DNA of 64,000 nt from Bdellovibrionales bacterium. GTDB taxonomy: Bacteria; Bdellovibrionota; Bdellovibrionia; Bdellovibrionales; UBA1609. The stretch covers positions 23,760-87,759 of the forward strand of contig OZ241911.1 of NCBI GenBank assembly GCA_965203785.1. The letters are read 5' to 3'. This document shows, in pieces, positions 54,839 to 64,000 of this stretch. Position 1 is the first letter of the stretch, and every line of letters begins with the position of its first letter. The position numbers and the translations under genes were made by a program. The notes below the pieces were generated by a model that ran no database searches, was not told the origin of the DNA, and saw only the letters and a program-made list of their open reading frames with translations.

Positions 54839-55840
54839 ATGTCTAAAAAAGTATTAATTCCAGTAGATATTGTAGAAAACACACCTACCAAAAGCTCTTT
54901 AGATTTGTTGAGCTTTGCCATTCACAAAAAATGGACAGTGAAAGCTTTTTGTTTCACCTATTCTGAAACCATCTTCAATACTCTGCAAAAAACTGGAGTA
55001 ACAGAGATCATTTATTTAGAAAAAACCTTAAAGTCTGCAAAAAATTGTGCCTCTGCACTCACTCAAACTATCGAAGAAGAAAAACCCGATTTGACTTTAG
55101 CCATCTCCAGTAGTTTTTATTTAGAGATTTTTCCCAGACTAGCTGTCAACCTTAAAGTGCCTTTTTTAAGTGATATCATTGGTCTGAACATGCTCGATTC
55201 AAAATGGACGGCTCAAAGATTTTTATATGCTGGTAAATGTTCTGCTCAAGTAGATTTAACAATGACTTCCCCGGGACCGCTTTTATTGTTTCGTCCCAAT
55301 CAAGCTAAGGCTTCGCAAGCCAATACCTCACAAGAAAATCCATTGCACAAAGTGGCAAAAACTCCTCCCAAAAAACGAGCATTATCTTATACACCCGATA
55401 CAAAAGAAATTTACCATTCCACCATATCTCAGAAAGACAAAAAAAAACGCCCCGAACTCACATCAGCTCGTATTATTGTATCTGGGGGGCGTGGTCTAAA
55501 AGGACCAGAAAAATTTAAACTCCTAGAAGAGCTGGCCGATCAATTGGGGAACCAAGTGGCTATCGGAGCATCCCGTGCGGTGACAGACGCTGGGTGGTGT
55601 CCTCACACCATGCAAGTCGGGCAAACTGGCAAAACTGTCAGCCCTCAACTCTATATTGCTTGCGGTATTTCTGGAGCTATTCAACATTTAGCCGGAATGA
55701 GTCACTCTCGAGTCATTGTTGCTATTAACAAAGATCCTTCAGCCCCTTTATTTCAAAAATGTCACTATGGCTTGGTCGGAGATTTATTCGAAATTATTCC
55801 ATGTTTAATTAATGAACTCAAAAAACAAAAAACTTCTTAA
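54839..55840 (+). CDS. etfA: electron transfer flavoprotein alpha subunit
   Basis: ARIIVSGGRGL, AIGASRAVTDAGW, QVGQTGKTVSPQLYIACGISGAIQHLAGM. Confidence 0.9.
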   Translation: MSKKVLIPVDIVENTPTKSSLDLLSFAIHKKWTVKAFCFTYSETIFNTLQKTGVTEIIYLEKTLKSAKNCASALTQTIEEEKPDLTLAISSSFYLEIFPRLAVNLKVPFLSDIIGLNMLDSKWTAQRFLYAGKCSAQVDLTMTSPGPLLLFRPNQAKASQANTSQENPLHKVAKTPPKKRALSYTPDTKEIYHSTISQKDKKKRPELTSARIIVSGGRGLKGPEKFKLLEELADQLGNQVAIGASRAVTDAGWCPHTMQVGQTGKTVSPQLYIACGISGAIQHLAGMSHSRVIVAINKDPSAPLFQKCHYGLVGDLFEIIPCLINELKKQKTS

Positions 55841-55975
55841 AAAATCAGGACAAAAGTCCTCTATTCTTGATCTGGCTGATTATTTCCATATATACTCATC
55901 CTTATAGATGCATATATACTCATCAAAAGCGGATTGAGCACAAAACAAAAACTTAGAACAGAAAGGTTCTTTATT

Positions 55976-56881
55976 ATGAAAAAAATCCACTCTCAATTTA
56001 AAAATATTTTTTTTCTTTTCAGTTTGCTTTTTAGTTTGATTGTTTCGTTTTCTGCTTTTGGAAAACAATTAGCTTCTATTTCTTACAAAGGGGCTAAAGG
56101 TCCTGTTAAAGTTTCTATTACCTTAGAAGAATTTGTCCAAAGCTACAAATATGTTAAACAATTGGCTCCTACTACAACCCCCACCTTAAAGAACTTTTGG
56201 GAAGACTACTTACGCTATCGATTAGGTATAGAAGAAGCTTACAACAATCCTAGTTTAATTAAAAACACAGCCATAAAAAATATGTTTGCCAGTTCAATTC
56301 TTAAAGAAACTTTCGAACAATCTCTTTACAAGCTCCATGCCAATCAGAAACTAAAAGGTCAGGTAGCAACTTTAGATCGAAAAGCTAAAAAACTTTCTAA
56401 AAAATTACTCAATAAACTTTATAAAAAAAATCCCGAATATAATTTCAATTTTATTTTAGTCACAGTCCCTATTAATCCTTCTGTGGCTCAATTAAAAGCG
56501 GGATTAAATCGGGCCAACAGTATTTACAAAGACATCAGAAAAAGCAAAAAATCTTTTTTCGATCTCATTGATTTGTATTCAGATAATCGAATGAGTGGAA
56601 AAATCTCTATGTCTCGCACACGCAATATGATTTATCCTTCTGTCTACAAACAAATTAAAAAAATGAAAGCTGGTCAAATCTCTGCTCCCATCCGCACACC
56701 AACTGGTTTTTACATTGTTAAGTTAAACCGTAAAGTACCTTTTAAAGAAGCCAATCGGACCAGTATTAAAGCTTCTTATTTTGACATTGAACGCGGAAAA
56801 ATTTTTAAAAACTACTTTAACGGTCTTAAAAGAAAATACAAAGTACAGGTTAATAAATCTTTATTAAAACAAGTGAAGTAA
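55976..56881 (+). CDS. parvulin-type peptidyl-prolyl isomerase (SurA/PrsA-like), secreted
   Basis: Start at MKKIHSQFKN with a signal peptide. GQISAPIRTPTGFYIVKL is the parvulin core. Confidence 0.7.
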   Translation: MKKIHSQFKNIFFLFSLLFSLIVSFSAFGKQLASISYKGAKGPVKVSITLEEFVQSYKYVKQLAPTTTPTLKNFWEDYLRYRLGIEEAYNNPSLIKNTAIKNMFASSILKETFEQSLYKLHANQKLKGQVATLDRKAKKLSKKLLNKLYKKNPEYNFNFILVTVPINPSVAQLKAGLNRANSIYKDIRKSKKSFFDLIDLYSDNRMSGKISMSRTRNMIYPSVYKQIKKMKAGQISAPIRTPTGFYIVKLNRKVPFKEANRTSIKASYFDIERGKIFKNYFNGLKRKYKVQVNKSLLKQVK

Positions 56882-56907
56882 ATTATTATCCCCATGTAGT
56901 TTTTTAA

Positions 56908-57864
56908 ATGCCATACATTTTAAAAACTTTCGTAAAAGTTTTTTACATTTTAACACTGACATTGAGTGGGGTATTGATCAGTGGGTGTTCTTTTTTTAAA
57001 GCTTCTTCTCCAGTAGTTCTTCAAATTGCCTCTCAAAAATGGACCAGTCAAGAATTTACCAATTTATTAAAACAAAAAATGCAACATTTATCTATTTCTG
57101 GGTCAATCAATAAAGAAACCCTAGAACACACTAAAGAGCAGCTCATAAAAGATTTATTAGTTAAGCAAATTATTAAGCAATGGGCTAAAAAAAACAACCT
57201 AACTGTTTCTAAAAAAAAACTCGCTAAAGAAATTAAAAAAATTAAAGAAAGTTATTCAGATCCTTCTATTTTTGAAATGTATTTAATTCGAAAAAAAATT
57301 AACCAAAAAAAATGGGAAAGCTCGGTAAGAGATTATCTACTCACCCAAAAGGTTATACAAAAAATTGGATCAAATGTTTCACCTCCTAATAAAAAAGAGA
57401 TAGAAACTTTTTATCAAAACCATCTATTGGATTTTAAAAAAAAAGCTCTAATAAAAATTCGTCATATCTTTCATATTAAAAAAGAACCTTTATTAAAAGT
57501 TTTACAGCTTTTAAAAACTGGAAAGAAATTTAAAACACTGGCCCGACAATTTTCTCAAGCTCCTTACAGAGAAAAACCTCAATGGGTAGAAAAAGGGATT
57601 TCAACTGTTTTCGACAAAGCATTTAATTTAAAACAAAATCAAATCAGTCCCATTTGGTCTGACACTCATGGTTGGCATATTATCCAAGTACTAAATAAGA
57701 TACCAACTCAAACACTTTCTCTTAAAGAAGCTCAACCCATCATTACTTCTTTGCTAATTAAACAAAGGCAGAAAGCTCGATGGACAAAATGGCTTGACAA
57801 ACAAGGGCACCATATTGTCTTTATTAAAGATAAAGAACTAATAAAAAATATTAATATTTTATAA
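56908..57864 (+). CDS. parvulin-type peptidyl-prolyl isomerase, lipoprotein-like
   Basis: LISGCS lipobox-like. IRHIF...LARQFSQ...ISPIWSDTHGWHIIQV. Confidence 0.7.
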   Translation: MPYILKTFVKVFYILTLTLSGVLISGCSFFKASSPVVLQIASQKWTSQEFTNLLKQKMQHLSISGSINKETLEHTKEQLIKDLLVKQIIKQWAKKNNLTVSKKKLAKEIKKIKESYSDPSIFEMYLIRKKINQKKWESSVRDYLLTQKVIQKIGSNVSPPNKKEIETFYQNHLLDFKKKALIKIRHIFHIKKEPLLKVLQLLKTGKKFKTLARQFSQAPYREKPQWVEKGISTVFDKAFNLKQNQISPIWSDTHGWHIIQVLNKIPTQTLSLKEAQPIITSLLIKQRQKARWTKWLDKQGHHIVFIKDKELIKNINIL

Positions 57865-57874
57865 AGGTTGGTAG

Positions 57875-59224
57875 ATGTTTTTAAACAGCAGAGAGGATCA
57901 AAAAAAAGAAAATTTGGTAAACCATTTAGTGCATTTTTATCAAAATTTAATGCCAAAAAAATTAGATATTCGACCCAGTGACCCCCATTTAACACAAAAA
58001 TACTTATCGCAAATTCAACAAATCAAAAATTTAAGAGGGAGGGATTTATTTTATCCTTATTTGGGAACTGGTTATGGCAATGGGGTGTATGTTCAGTTGA
58101 TGGATGGGTCGGTTAAAATGGATCTGATTGGAGGTATTGGAGTTCATATTTTAGGTCACGGTCATTTAGAGTTAGTAAAGGTAGTTATAACAGCTGGTCT
58201 ATCGGATATAGTGATGCAGGGGCATCTGTTAATGAATTCAGAGTATTTAAAGTTGTCTCAAAAGTTAGTGAAGTTAGCGAGTCGGTATTCTCGATTGCAA
58301 CATGTATGGCTCAGTACAAGTGGAGCGATGGCTAATGAGAATGCATTAAAAATGATTCGCCAAAAGCACTATTTTCAGTTTTCTAAGCATCGAAGAAAAA
58401 TTTTAGCTTTTGATCAAGCTTTTGCTGGACGAACTATAATGATGTCTGAAATATCGGGCAACCCAAGTGTACGAGAGGGGCTACCCCCTTATAATGAAGT
58501 ATTGAGAATTCCTTTTTACGATCCAAAAAATCCGGAGAGAAGTTTATCTGTTTTAAAATCTCATATTGAAAGAGAGGGTCACAGCATTTCTGCTTTTATA
58601 TTTGAAACAATATTAGGAGAGGGAGGATACAAAAGTGCAGAGCCAGAATTTTTTATTTCTTTATTTAAGGAGTGCCGAAAACATAACATAACTATTTGGG
58701 CAGATGAAGTGCAGACTTTTTGTCGAACGGGAGAATTTTTTGCTTTTGAAAAATGGAAATTGGGTTCTTATATTGATATTTGCACAATCGGAAAAACTTT
58801 GCAGCTGGCAGCTACTTTTTGTACTCCTGAGTATCTCCCCAAGCCGGGTTTAGTGTCTGGCACTTTTAGTGCTTCGACAAGTGCTTTATCTGTTGGAAAA
58901 ACAATTTTAGACCTTATGGAAAAACAATATCTTAAACAAATTCCAAAAATAGAACAAGAGATCAAAAAACTTTTTGAAGAACTTTTGCAGAAAGATTTAA
59001 TTAAAGATTATGATTGTTTTGGTTTAATGGCTGCTTTCACTTTAAAAGATTCTTCTAAAAAAAATACCATTAATTTTTTAAAAAAATTATTTCAAAATGG
59101 TGTGATTGCCTTTTTTTGCAATAGTGAAAAGTTAGAAGAAAGTCGGGTGCGATTTCTGTTACCTGTTGTTATCACTCATCAAGATATACAAACTTTAAAA
59201 AAAGTTTTACAAAATAGTTTATAA
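57875..59224 (+). CDS. class-III (acetylornithine/succinylornithine-type) aminotransferase
   Basis: SGAMANENALKM, DEVQTFCRTGEFFAFE, TIGKTL. It sits upstream of astA and astD. Confidence 0.7.
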   Translation: MFLNSREDQKKENLVNHLVHFYQNLMPKKLDIRPSDPHLTQKYLSQIQQIKNLRGRDLFYPYLGTGYGNGVYVQLMDGSVKMDLIGGIGVHILGHGHLELVKVVITAGLSDIVMQGHLLMNSEYLKLSQKLVKLASRYSRLQHVWLSTSGAMANENALKMIRQKHYFQFSKHRRKILAFDQAFAGRTIMMSEISGNPSVREGLPPYNEVLRIPFYDPKNPERSLSVLKSHIEREGHSISAFIFETILGEGGYKSAEPEFFISLFKECRKHNITIWADEVQTFCRTGEFFAFEKWKLGSYIDICTIGKTLQLAATFCTPEYLPKPGLVSGTFSASTSALSVGKTILDLMEKQYLKQIPKIEQEIKKLFEELLQKDLIKDYDCFGLMAAFTLKDSSKKNTINFLKKLFQNGVIAFFCNSEKLEESRVRFLLPVVITHQDIQTLKKVLQNSL

Positions 59225-59238
59225 AGGATACAAATTTT

Positions 59239-60261
59239 ATGCCTTTTATGATTTATTCTGCTCAAAATGCAGATTATATGCAACTGAGAAAATTAGCACT
59301 CAAGTATTCTTTATTTAATTTACCTGCTGATAGAGAGCTTTTAAAAAAAAAGATTGCTCTAAGCGAAGCTTCTTTTAGAAATCGAGTAATTAGTCAAAAA
59401 AAAAGTTTTATGTTTGTTATAAAAAATAAAAAAGGGGATATAGTGGGGAGTTCACAACTGTTATCGCAAGTGGGTAGTCAAGCAATTCCTCGTTATTCCA
59501 CAAAACTTAAAAGTGGAAATAGAGGTCGTTTTTTGCAATTGTCCATTAATAGAAACGGACCATCTTATTTAGGCGGGTTAATTGTAAAAAAAAAATACCG
59601 CAATCATCCAGATAAATTGGGGAAACAAATTAGTTTAATTCGTTTTTTATTTATTAAAATGCACTTAAAATATTTTAAAAAAACTATACAAGCAGAAATT
59701 GATCCTTTATTTAACCAAATCAAAAGTAATACTTTTTTTGATTACTTTGTTAAAAAGCGTCAGGGGTATTCTACCGATGAAGCTAATTATTTAACTTTGA
59801 CTAATAAAAAAAAATTATTTGATAATTTTCCAAGCGGTAAATTTTACTTATCTTCTTTGCCAAAATCTGTAAAAAAATGTATTGGCCAAACAAACACCTT
59901 CAGCAATAGAGCTTTAAATTTGCTTAAAAAGCAAAATTTTTATATAATTGACGAGATGGACCCATTAGATGGTGGACCTTATGTAGAGGCTCAGATAAAC
60001 TGTATTCCAATTGTTCAGAATACAAAAAAAGTAGATGTTCGTATTATATCAAAAAGTGTTATGTTAAAAAAAAATAAAGCAAAAAATTTCAGTGTTTTTT
60101 TATGGGGAAAAGAAGGTCTAACAGGTGTTTTTACAGGTGGACTTTTAAAAGGGATATTAAGTAAAAACAACCCTCTTTTATACTTAACTCAAAAAGAATG
60201 TCAAGAGAAAGGGTTGACCTCTAAAGATCAAATCTATGTGGTCAGTAGTAGGTGGTTTTAA
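59239..60261 (+). CDS. astA: arginine N-succinyltransferase
   Basis: 340 aa. The N-terminal pattern ...DYMQLRKLALKYSLFNLPADRELLKKKIALSEASF is colinear with AstA. The adjacent astD supports the call. Confidence 0.7.
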   Translation: MPFMIYSAQNADYMQLRKLALKYSLFNLPADRELLKKKIALSEASFRNRVISQKKSFMFVIKNKKGDIVGSSQLLSQVGSQAIPRYSTKLKSGNRGRFLQLSINRNGPSYLGGLIVKKKYRNHPDKLGKQISLIRFLFIKMHLKYFKKTIQAEIDPLFNQIKSNTFFDYFVKKRQGYSTDEANYLTLTNKKKLFDNFPSGKFYLSSLPKSVKKCIGQTNTFSNRALNLLKKQNFYIIDEMDPLDGGPYVEAQINCIPIVQNTKKVDVRIISKSVMLKKNKAKNFSVFLWGKEGLTGVFTGGLLKGILSKNNPLLYLTQKECQEKGLTSKDQIYVVSSRWF

Positions 60262-61794
60262 ATGAATACTTTAATAGCGATTAAAAAATCTCTTAGAGAA
60301 GAAAACTATAAGGGAGATTACATAGACGGTCAATTCATTAAACCTTCTAGTGGTGTTAATGGTGGTGAAAAAAAATGTATCAGCCCAGCAGATTTAGATG
60401 ATGTGGTATTGAGGTGGCAAGAGGGTCCTGCTTTAACTTCAGAGCTTGCTGTGGATTGTGCAAAAAAGTCTTATGGTATGTGGGCTGGTTTGCGGCAAGA
60501 GGAGAGAAATCAGTATTTGGTTCAACTGGATCGTGTGTATAAACAAAAAATGGAAGAAATTGCTATTTTGATTGCTCGTGAGACGGGTAAGCCTTTGTGG
60601 GAGAGTCGACAAGAGGCCAAAGCTTTACAAGATAAAATAGAAGTTACTTTAAAAGAGTCTTTACCTTTAGTAAAAAACCGTGTGGTATCTGATAGAGGGG
60701 CTTTAGTAAAAGAGCAAATTTGTTATCGTTCGCGAGGAGTATTTTTAATAATTGGTCCTTTTAACTTCCCTTTGCATTTGCCGAATGGTCAATTGTTATC
60801 TGCTTTATTATGTGGCAATACAGTGGTATTTAAACCATCTGAAAATACACCAGCTTGTGGACAGAAGTTAGCGGAGTGCTTTCATTTGGCAGGTTTTCCT
60901 AAAGGAGTATTCAATATGGTTCAGGGAGGGGCAGAAACTGCACAAGCATTGGTAAAAAATCCTTCCATAAAGGGAGTACTTTTTACTGGTTCTTATAAAG
61001 TGGGTTTAGATATTCAAAAGAAGGTTTTAAATCAGCCACAAAAAATTTTAGCTTTAGAGATGGGGGGGCAGAATACTTCTATCGTTTGGAAGTCGGCGGA
61101 TATAGATTGGGCGGTGTGGGAGGTTTTGAATGGTGCCTATTTAACAGCTGGTCAGAGGTGTTCTTCGACTTCTCAAGTAATTTTACATCCCAGTGTAAAA
61201 GACAAATTTATTCAGCAATTTTTAGATTTAACAAAGCGGATTAAAGTGGGGCATTGGAGAGAAGATCCTTTTATGGGATCTTTAATTAATCAATCGGCGA
61301 TTAACAGGTATGAAACCCTTTTAAAAGCGGTGAAAAACAATTCTCAAGCGAACATTTTATTAGAGGGAAGGCGATTATCTGATTTAAATGGTTATTTTGT
61401 CAGTCCTTCTGTGGTAGAAAATTTTTGCTTAGAAGAAGAAGTTTTTACTCCTTTTTTAAGTGTGCATACGACAGGTGAAGAAGAAAAAATATGGGATTTA
61501 GTTAATCGTTCTGGCTATGGGTTGTGTTTATCTGTATTTGCAAAAGAGGAGGATACTTTTGTTCAAAATTTATTTCAGAATGCGGAGGTTGGGGTGTTTC
61601 ATTTAAATATGAGAACAAATGGGGCCAGCTCACATTTGCCATTTGGGGGATTAGGAAAATCCGGAAACGACCGACCAGCGGGGTTGTTTACTGTGTTATC
61701 ATGTGTAGATCCGATTGCTTATCGAACCAAAAAAACGAAAGGAGAGTTTTCCATCAATGAAGCTACGAATCAAAAAAACTGGTTTCTTAATTAG
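60262..61794 (+). CDS. astD: succinylglutamate-semialdehyde dehydrogenase (aldehyde dehydrogenase family)
   Basis: FKPSENTP, LEMGGQN, GQRCSS catalytic Cys. 0-nt gap after astA. Confidence 0.75.
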   Translation: MNTLIAIKKSLREENYKGDYIDGQFIKPSSGVNGGEKKCISPADLDDVVLRWQEGPALTSELAVDCAKKSYGMWAGLRQEERNQYLVQLDRVYKQKMEEIAILIARETGKPLWESRQEAKALQDKIEVTLKESLPLVKNRVVSDRGALVKEQICYRSRGVFLIIGPFNFPLHLPNGQLLSALLCGNTVVFKPSENTPACGQKLAECFHLAGFPKGVFNMVQGGAETAQALVKNPSIKGVLFTGSYKVGLDIQKKVLNQPQKILALEMGGQNTSIVWKSADIDWAVWEVLNGAYLTAGQRCSSTSQVILHPSVKDKFIQQFLDLTKRIKVGHWREDPFMGSLINQSAINRYETLLKAVKNNSQANILLEGRRLSDLNGYFVSPSVVENFCLEEEVFTPFLSVHTTGEEEKIWDLVNRSGYGLCLSVFAKEEDTFVQNLFQNAEVGVFHLNMRTNGASSHLPFGGLGKSGNDRPAGLFTVLSCVDPIAYRTKKTKGEFSINEATNQKNWFLN

Positions 61795-62779
61795 TATTTT
61801 TTTGTTGCTGGTGACGACTATTTTTGTGTCGATTATTCCAAGCTCGACAAATGCTTATAAAATAAGCCCTTCTACTCGGAGAGTGATTCATATTAAAAAG
61901 GGGATGTCTTTGCATCAAGTGGCTCAAGAGATGAAATCTAAAGAATTAATACAAAGTGTGTTGCGGTTTAAGTTATTAGCTTGGCTTAGGGGAGCCAGTA
62001 TGAAGATTCAGTCTGGAGAATATGAGTTGCAGGTTAATTCTTCGATGTCTGAGATATTAGATACTTTAGTGACTGGTAAGATTTATTTACACAAAGTGAC
62101 TTTTCCAGAGGGGTATAATTTATTTGAGATGGGGGATTTATTAGAGAAGGGGGGGTTTTTAAATCGGAGAGAATTTTTAGATGTTAGTCATAATTCTTGG
62201 TGGATTTTCAGGCTGTTAAAGTCAAGGATAGATTCTTTAGAGGGATATTTGTTTCCGGATACTTATTATATTCCTCGACCAATATCGGCAAAACATTTAA
62301 CTCATCAGATGGTTCAGAGGTTTTTTTCTGTATATTCTAAGCTCAATCAGGAGTCTTTAGCTCTACAACTTACTCGTCATCAAGTGGTGATTTTAGCTTC
62401 TATTGTGGAAAAAGAAACTGGCAAGGGATGGGAGAGACCTTTAATAGCCAGTGTGTTTTACAATCGATTAAAAAAACAGATGCGGTTAGAAAGTGATCCC
62501 ACTATATTATATGGTTTATTAAAAGAAACTGGAGTGATGCCGTTTAACATTCGAAAAAAAGATATTTTAAGAAAGACGGCTTACAACACTTATCGAATTT
62601 CTGGTTTTCCAGCAGGCCCCATCACCAACCCCGGCAAAGAAGCTTTAAAAGCTGTATTGGAACCAAAATCTTCTTCTTTTTTATATTTTGTTAGCCGAAA
62701 CGATGGAACTCATGTATTTTCAAAAACTTATAGAGAGCATCAAAAAGCAGTGAGGTATTGGCAACAAAAAAAACGATAG
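61757..62779 (+). CDS. mltG: endolytic murein transglycosylase MltG (YceG-like)
   Basis: N-terminal TM helix. SGEYEL, TFPEGY, LASIVEKET, YNTYRISGFPAGPI. Confidence 0.85.
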   Translation: MKLRIKKTGFLISIFLLLVTTIFVSIIPSSTNAYKISPSTRRVIHIKKGMSLHQVAQEMKSKELIQSVLRFKLLAWLRGASMKIQSGEYELQVNSSMSEILDTLVTGKIYLHKVTFPEGYNLFEMGDLLEKGGFLNRREFLDVSHNSWWIFRLLKSRIDSLEGYLFPDTYYIPRPISAKHLTHQMVQRFFSVYSKLNQESLALQLTRHQVVILASIVEKETGKGWERPLIASVFYNRLKKQMRLESDPTILYGLLKETGVMPFNIRKKDILRKTAYNTYRISGFPAGPITNPGKEALKAVLEPKSSSFLYFVSRNDGTHVFSKTYREHQKAVRYWQQKKR

Positions 62780-62853
62780 GGGGTTAGCTCAGCTGGTAGA
62801 GCACTGCCCTTACAAGGCAGATGTCGTCGGTTCGATCCCGGCACCTCCTACCA
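62778..62853 (+). tRNA. tRNA-Val (anticodon TAC)
   Basis: Hand-folded: acceptor AGGGGGT/ACCTCCT, anticodon loop CTTACAA, T-arm GTCGG TTCGATC CCGGC. CCA is encoded. The 5' end overlaps the mltG stop codon. Confidence 0.85.
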
Positions 62854-62867
62854 TTTCTGAATATTGG

Positions 62868-62993
62868 TTGGTAAGAAAATTTTTTTAAAATATTCTGTGC
62901 CAAAGTTGTTTTTCCTACCTGACGAGGACCAGCTAAAAAAACCATCTTTTTAGATAAATCTTTGATAATATTTGATTCAATCAATCGTTGCAT
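62868..62993 (-). pseudogene. N-terminal fragment of an AAA_14/DUF4143-type ATPase gene
   Basis: MQRLIESNIIKDLSKKMVFLAGPRQVGKTTLAQNILKKF (Walker A), then the ORF continues as tRNA-Val antisense. Confidence 0.65.
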
Positions 62994-63133
62994 AATCGAC
63001 TATAATCAACCCTATTCCAAAATAGTCAAAGAAATATCCAAGTCTCGTATTCCCCAAGTATCGTCACTTAAAGAATTTTATAAGTAAGGTTAAAACTTGT
63101 AAAATCTAAAGTTTAACTTTATAATACCCAATT

Positions 63134-64000
63134 ATGTGGATCAAAAGAGACATGTCTGGTCAAATTCGAGCTTTAAGCAAAAAAAAGCAAGTAATCTTGC
63201 TAACAGGTCCCAGGCAAACTGGAAAATCCAGTCTGCTTAAAAAGATGTTTCCAAAAATGAAATATATTAGTTTAGATAGACCTTCTACAGCCCATCAAGC
63301 AGAATACTCTGGAGAGGAGTTTTTGAGAGAATTTCAAGAGCCAGTTATTATAGATGAAATACAAAATGCTCCTTCTTTATTTAAACATATAAAACACATA
63401 GTGGATCATGATAAAACAAAACAGTTTTTTTTAACTGGTTCTCAGAAATTTCAACTCATGGCTAAAGTTTCTGAATCTTTAGCAGGGCGAGTAGCTATAT
63501 TAGAACTGCACTCTCTTTCTACAACAGAATTAAAAAAACATTTTCAAAATAAAAAAATTTCTCTTATTGAACAAATATTTAAAGGTGGGTATCCAGAAAT
63601 ATGGGCAGGTCCATTTAATGTAGATGATTTTTTTTCTAACTACATTAGCACTTATATTCAAAAAGATATTAGACAAATTATTAATGTTCGTAGTTTATAT
63701 GATTTTGAACGATTTATGGGACTTTTAGCAACCCATGCTGGGCAATTATTAAATTATAATAATTTATCTTCTGATTTAGGTTTGAGTGCTGTCACTATCA
63801 AATCTTGGATACACGCTTTAGAAGCATCAAACATTATTTATACTCTAAAACCTTTTTATAAAAACTTAGGCAAACGATTAATTAAAACCCCTAAAATTTA
63901 CTTTATAGATTCTGGCTTGTTATGCCATTTAATGGGATTTAGATCTTCAAAAGAGCTAAAACATTCTAATCTTTTAGGTGCTTTATTCGAAAATTTTGTT
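63134..64000 (+). CDS. AAA_14 + DUF4143-type ATPase, 5' part (runs off window)
   Basis: The frame is open from the ATG at 63134 to the window end. ILLTGPRQTGKSSLLKK, VIIDEIQNAP, LTGSQKF, LAGRVAILELHSLS. Confidence 0.75.
   Translation, partial: MWIKRDMSGQIRALSKKKQVILLTGPRQTGKSSLLKKMFPKMKYISLDRPSTAHQAEYSGEEFLREFQEPVIIDEIQNAPSLFKHIKHIVDHDKTKQFFLTGSQKFQLMAKVSESLAGRVAILELHSLSTTELKKHFQNKKISLIEQIFKGGYPEIWAGPFNVDDFFSNYISTYIQKDIRQIINVRSLYDFERFMGLLATHAGQLLNYNNLSSDLGLSAVTIKSWIHALEASNIIYTLKPFYKNLGKRLIKTPKIYFIDSGLLCHLMGFRSSKELKHSNLLGALFENFV

Noticed and set aside
1-64000. Search for integrase, transposase, reverse transcriptase, Cas, rRNA or toxin-antitoxin pairs that could define mobile elements or known systems.
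   Set aside because: None of the ORF translations shows tyrosine/serine recombinase, DDE, RT (YxDD) or Cas motifs. Only the Rpn-family nuclease and its fragments are recombination-related. No rRNA-like sequence was seen.

Overview
This is an AT-rich bacterial chromosome segment. Its features are of Gram-negative type: lipobox-like lipoproteins, MotB/OmpA-like and SurA-like proteins, and MltG. The taxon cannot be assigned from the sequence alone. All family calls rest on motifs read by eye from the ORF translations; no searches were run.

Layout:
(i) 1-22.1 kb is an accessory, defence-island-like block with nearly all genes on the minus strand. It holds a Schlafen/AlbA_2-type ATPase, an intact Rpn-family nuclease plus three Rpn-derived scars, and a compact MotA-like/HNH/MotB-like (Zorya-like) operon. 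It also holds a duplicated PD-(D/E)XK-like gene, a papain-like-peptidase cassette, a SLATT/TIR-like/E2-like+SEC-C operon, a four-gene cassette of mostly membrane proteins, a complex repeat tract and three tandem Cys-rich secreted paralogs.
(ii) 22.3-30.1 kb is core: dienelactone hydrolase, tRNA-Ala, ZIP transporter, rph, rdgB, prs, rplY, pth and DoxX, plus a fourth copy of the Cys-rich secreted family.
(iii) 30.1-37.6 kb holds a TaqI-like N6-adenine methyltransferase with a 78-aa coupled ORF. This is followed by a ~5.9-kb phage-derived remnant bounded by ~70-bp direct repeats, then an ApaH-like phosphatase and tRNA-Ser.
(iv) 38.6-62.8 kb is core metabolism: rmuC, FGE-like lipoprotein, orphan histidine kinase, FAD oxidase, AKR, MscS, CysK/CBS-like, feoAB, sdhCAB, etfBA, two parvulin PPIases, an AST-pathway cluster and mltG.
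(v) tRNA-Val is followed by a truncated and an intact AAA_14/DUF4143-type ATPase gene.

No CRISPR array, rRNA, integrase or classical transposase was seen.

Best candidates for undescribed biology:
- the SLATT + TIR-like + E2-like/SEC-C operon (13.3-15.0 kb)
- the compact A-HNH-B Zorya-like operon (4.7-7.2 kb)
- the peptidase cassette (10.5-12.9 kb)
- the four-gene cassette (15.7-17.3 kb)
- two conserved structured intergenic elements scattered through the island
- a possible lambda-type G GGA AAG -1 frameshift site in the phage remnant
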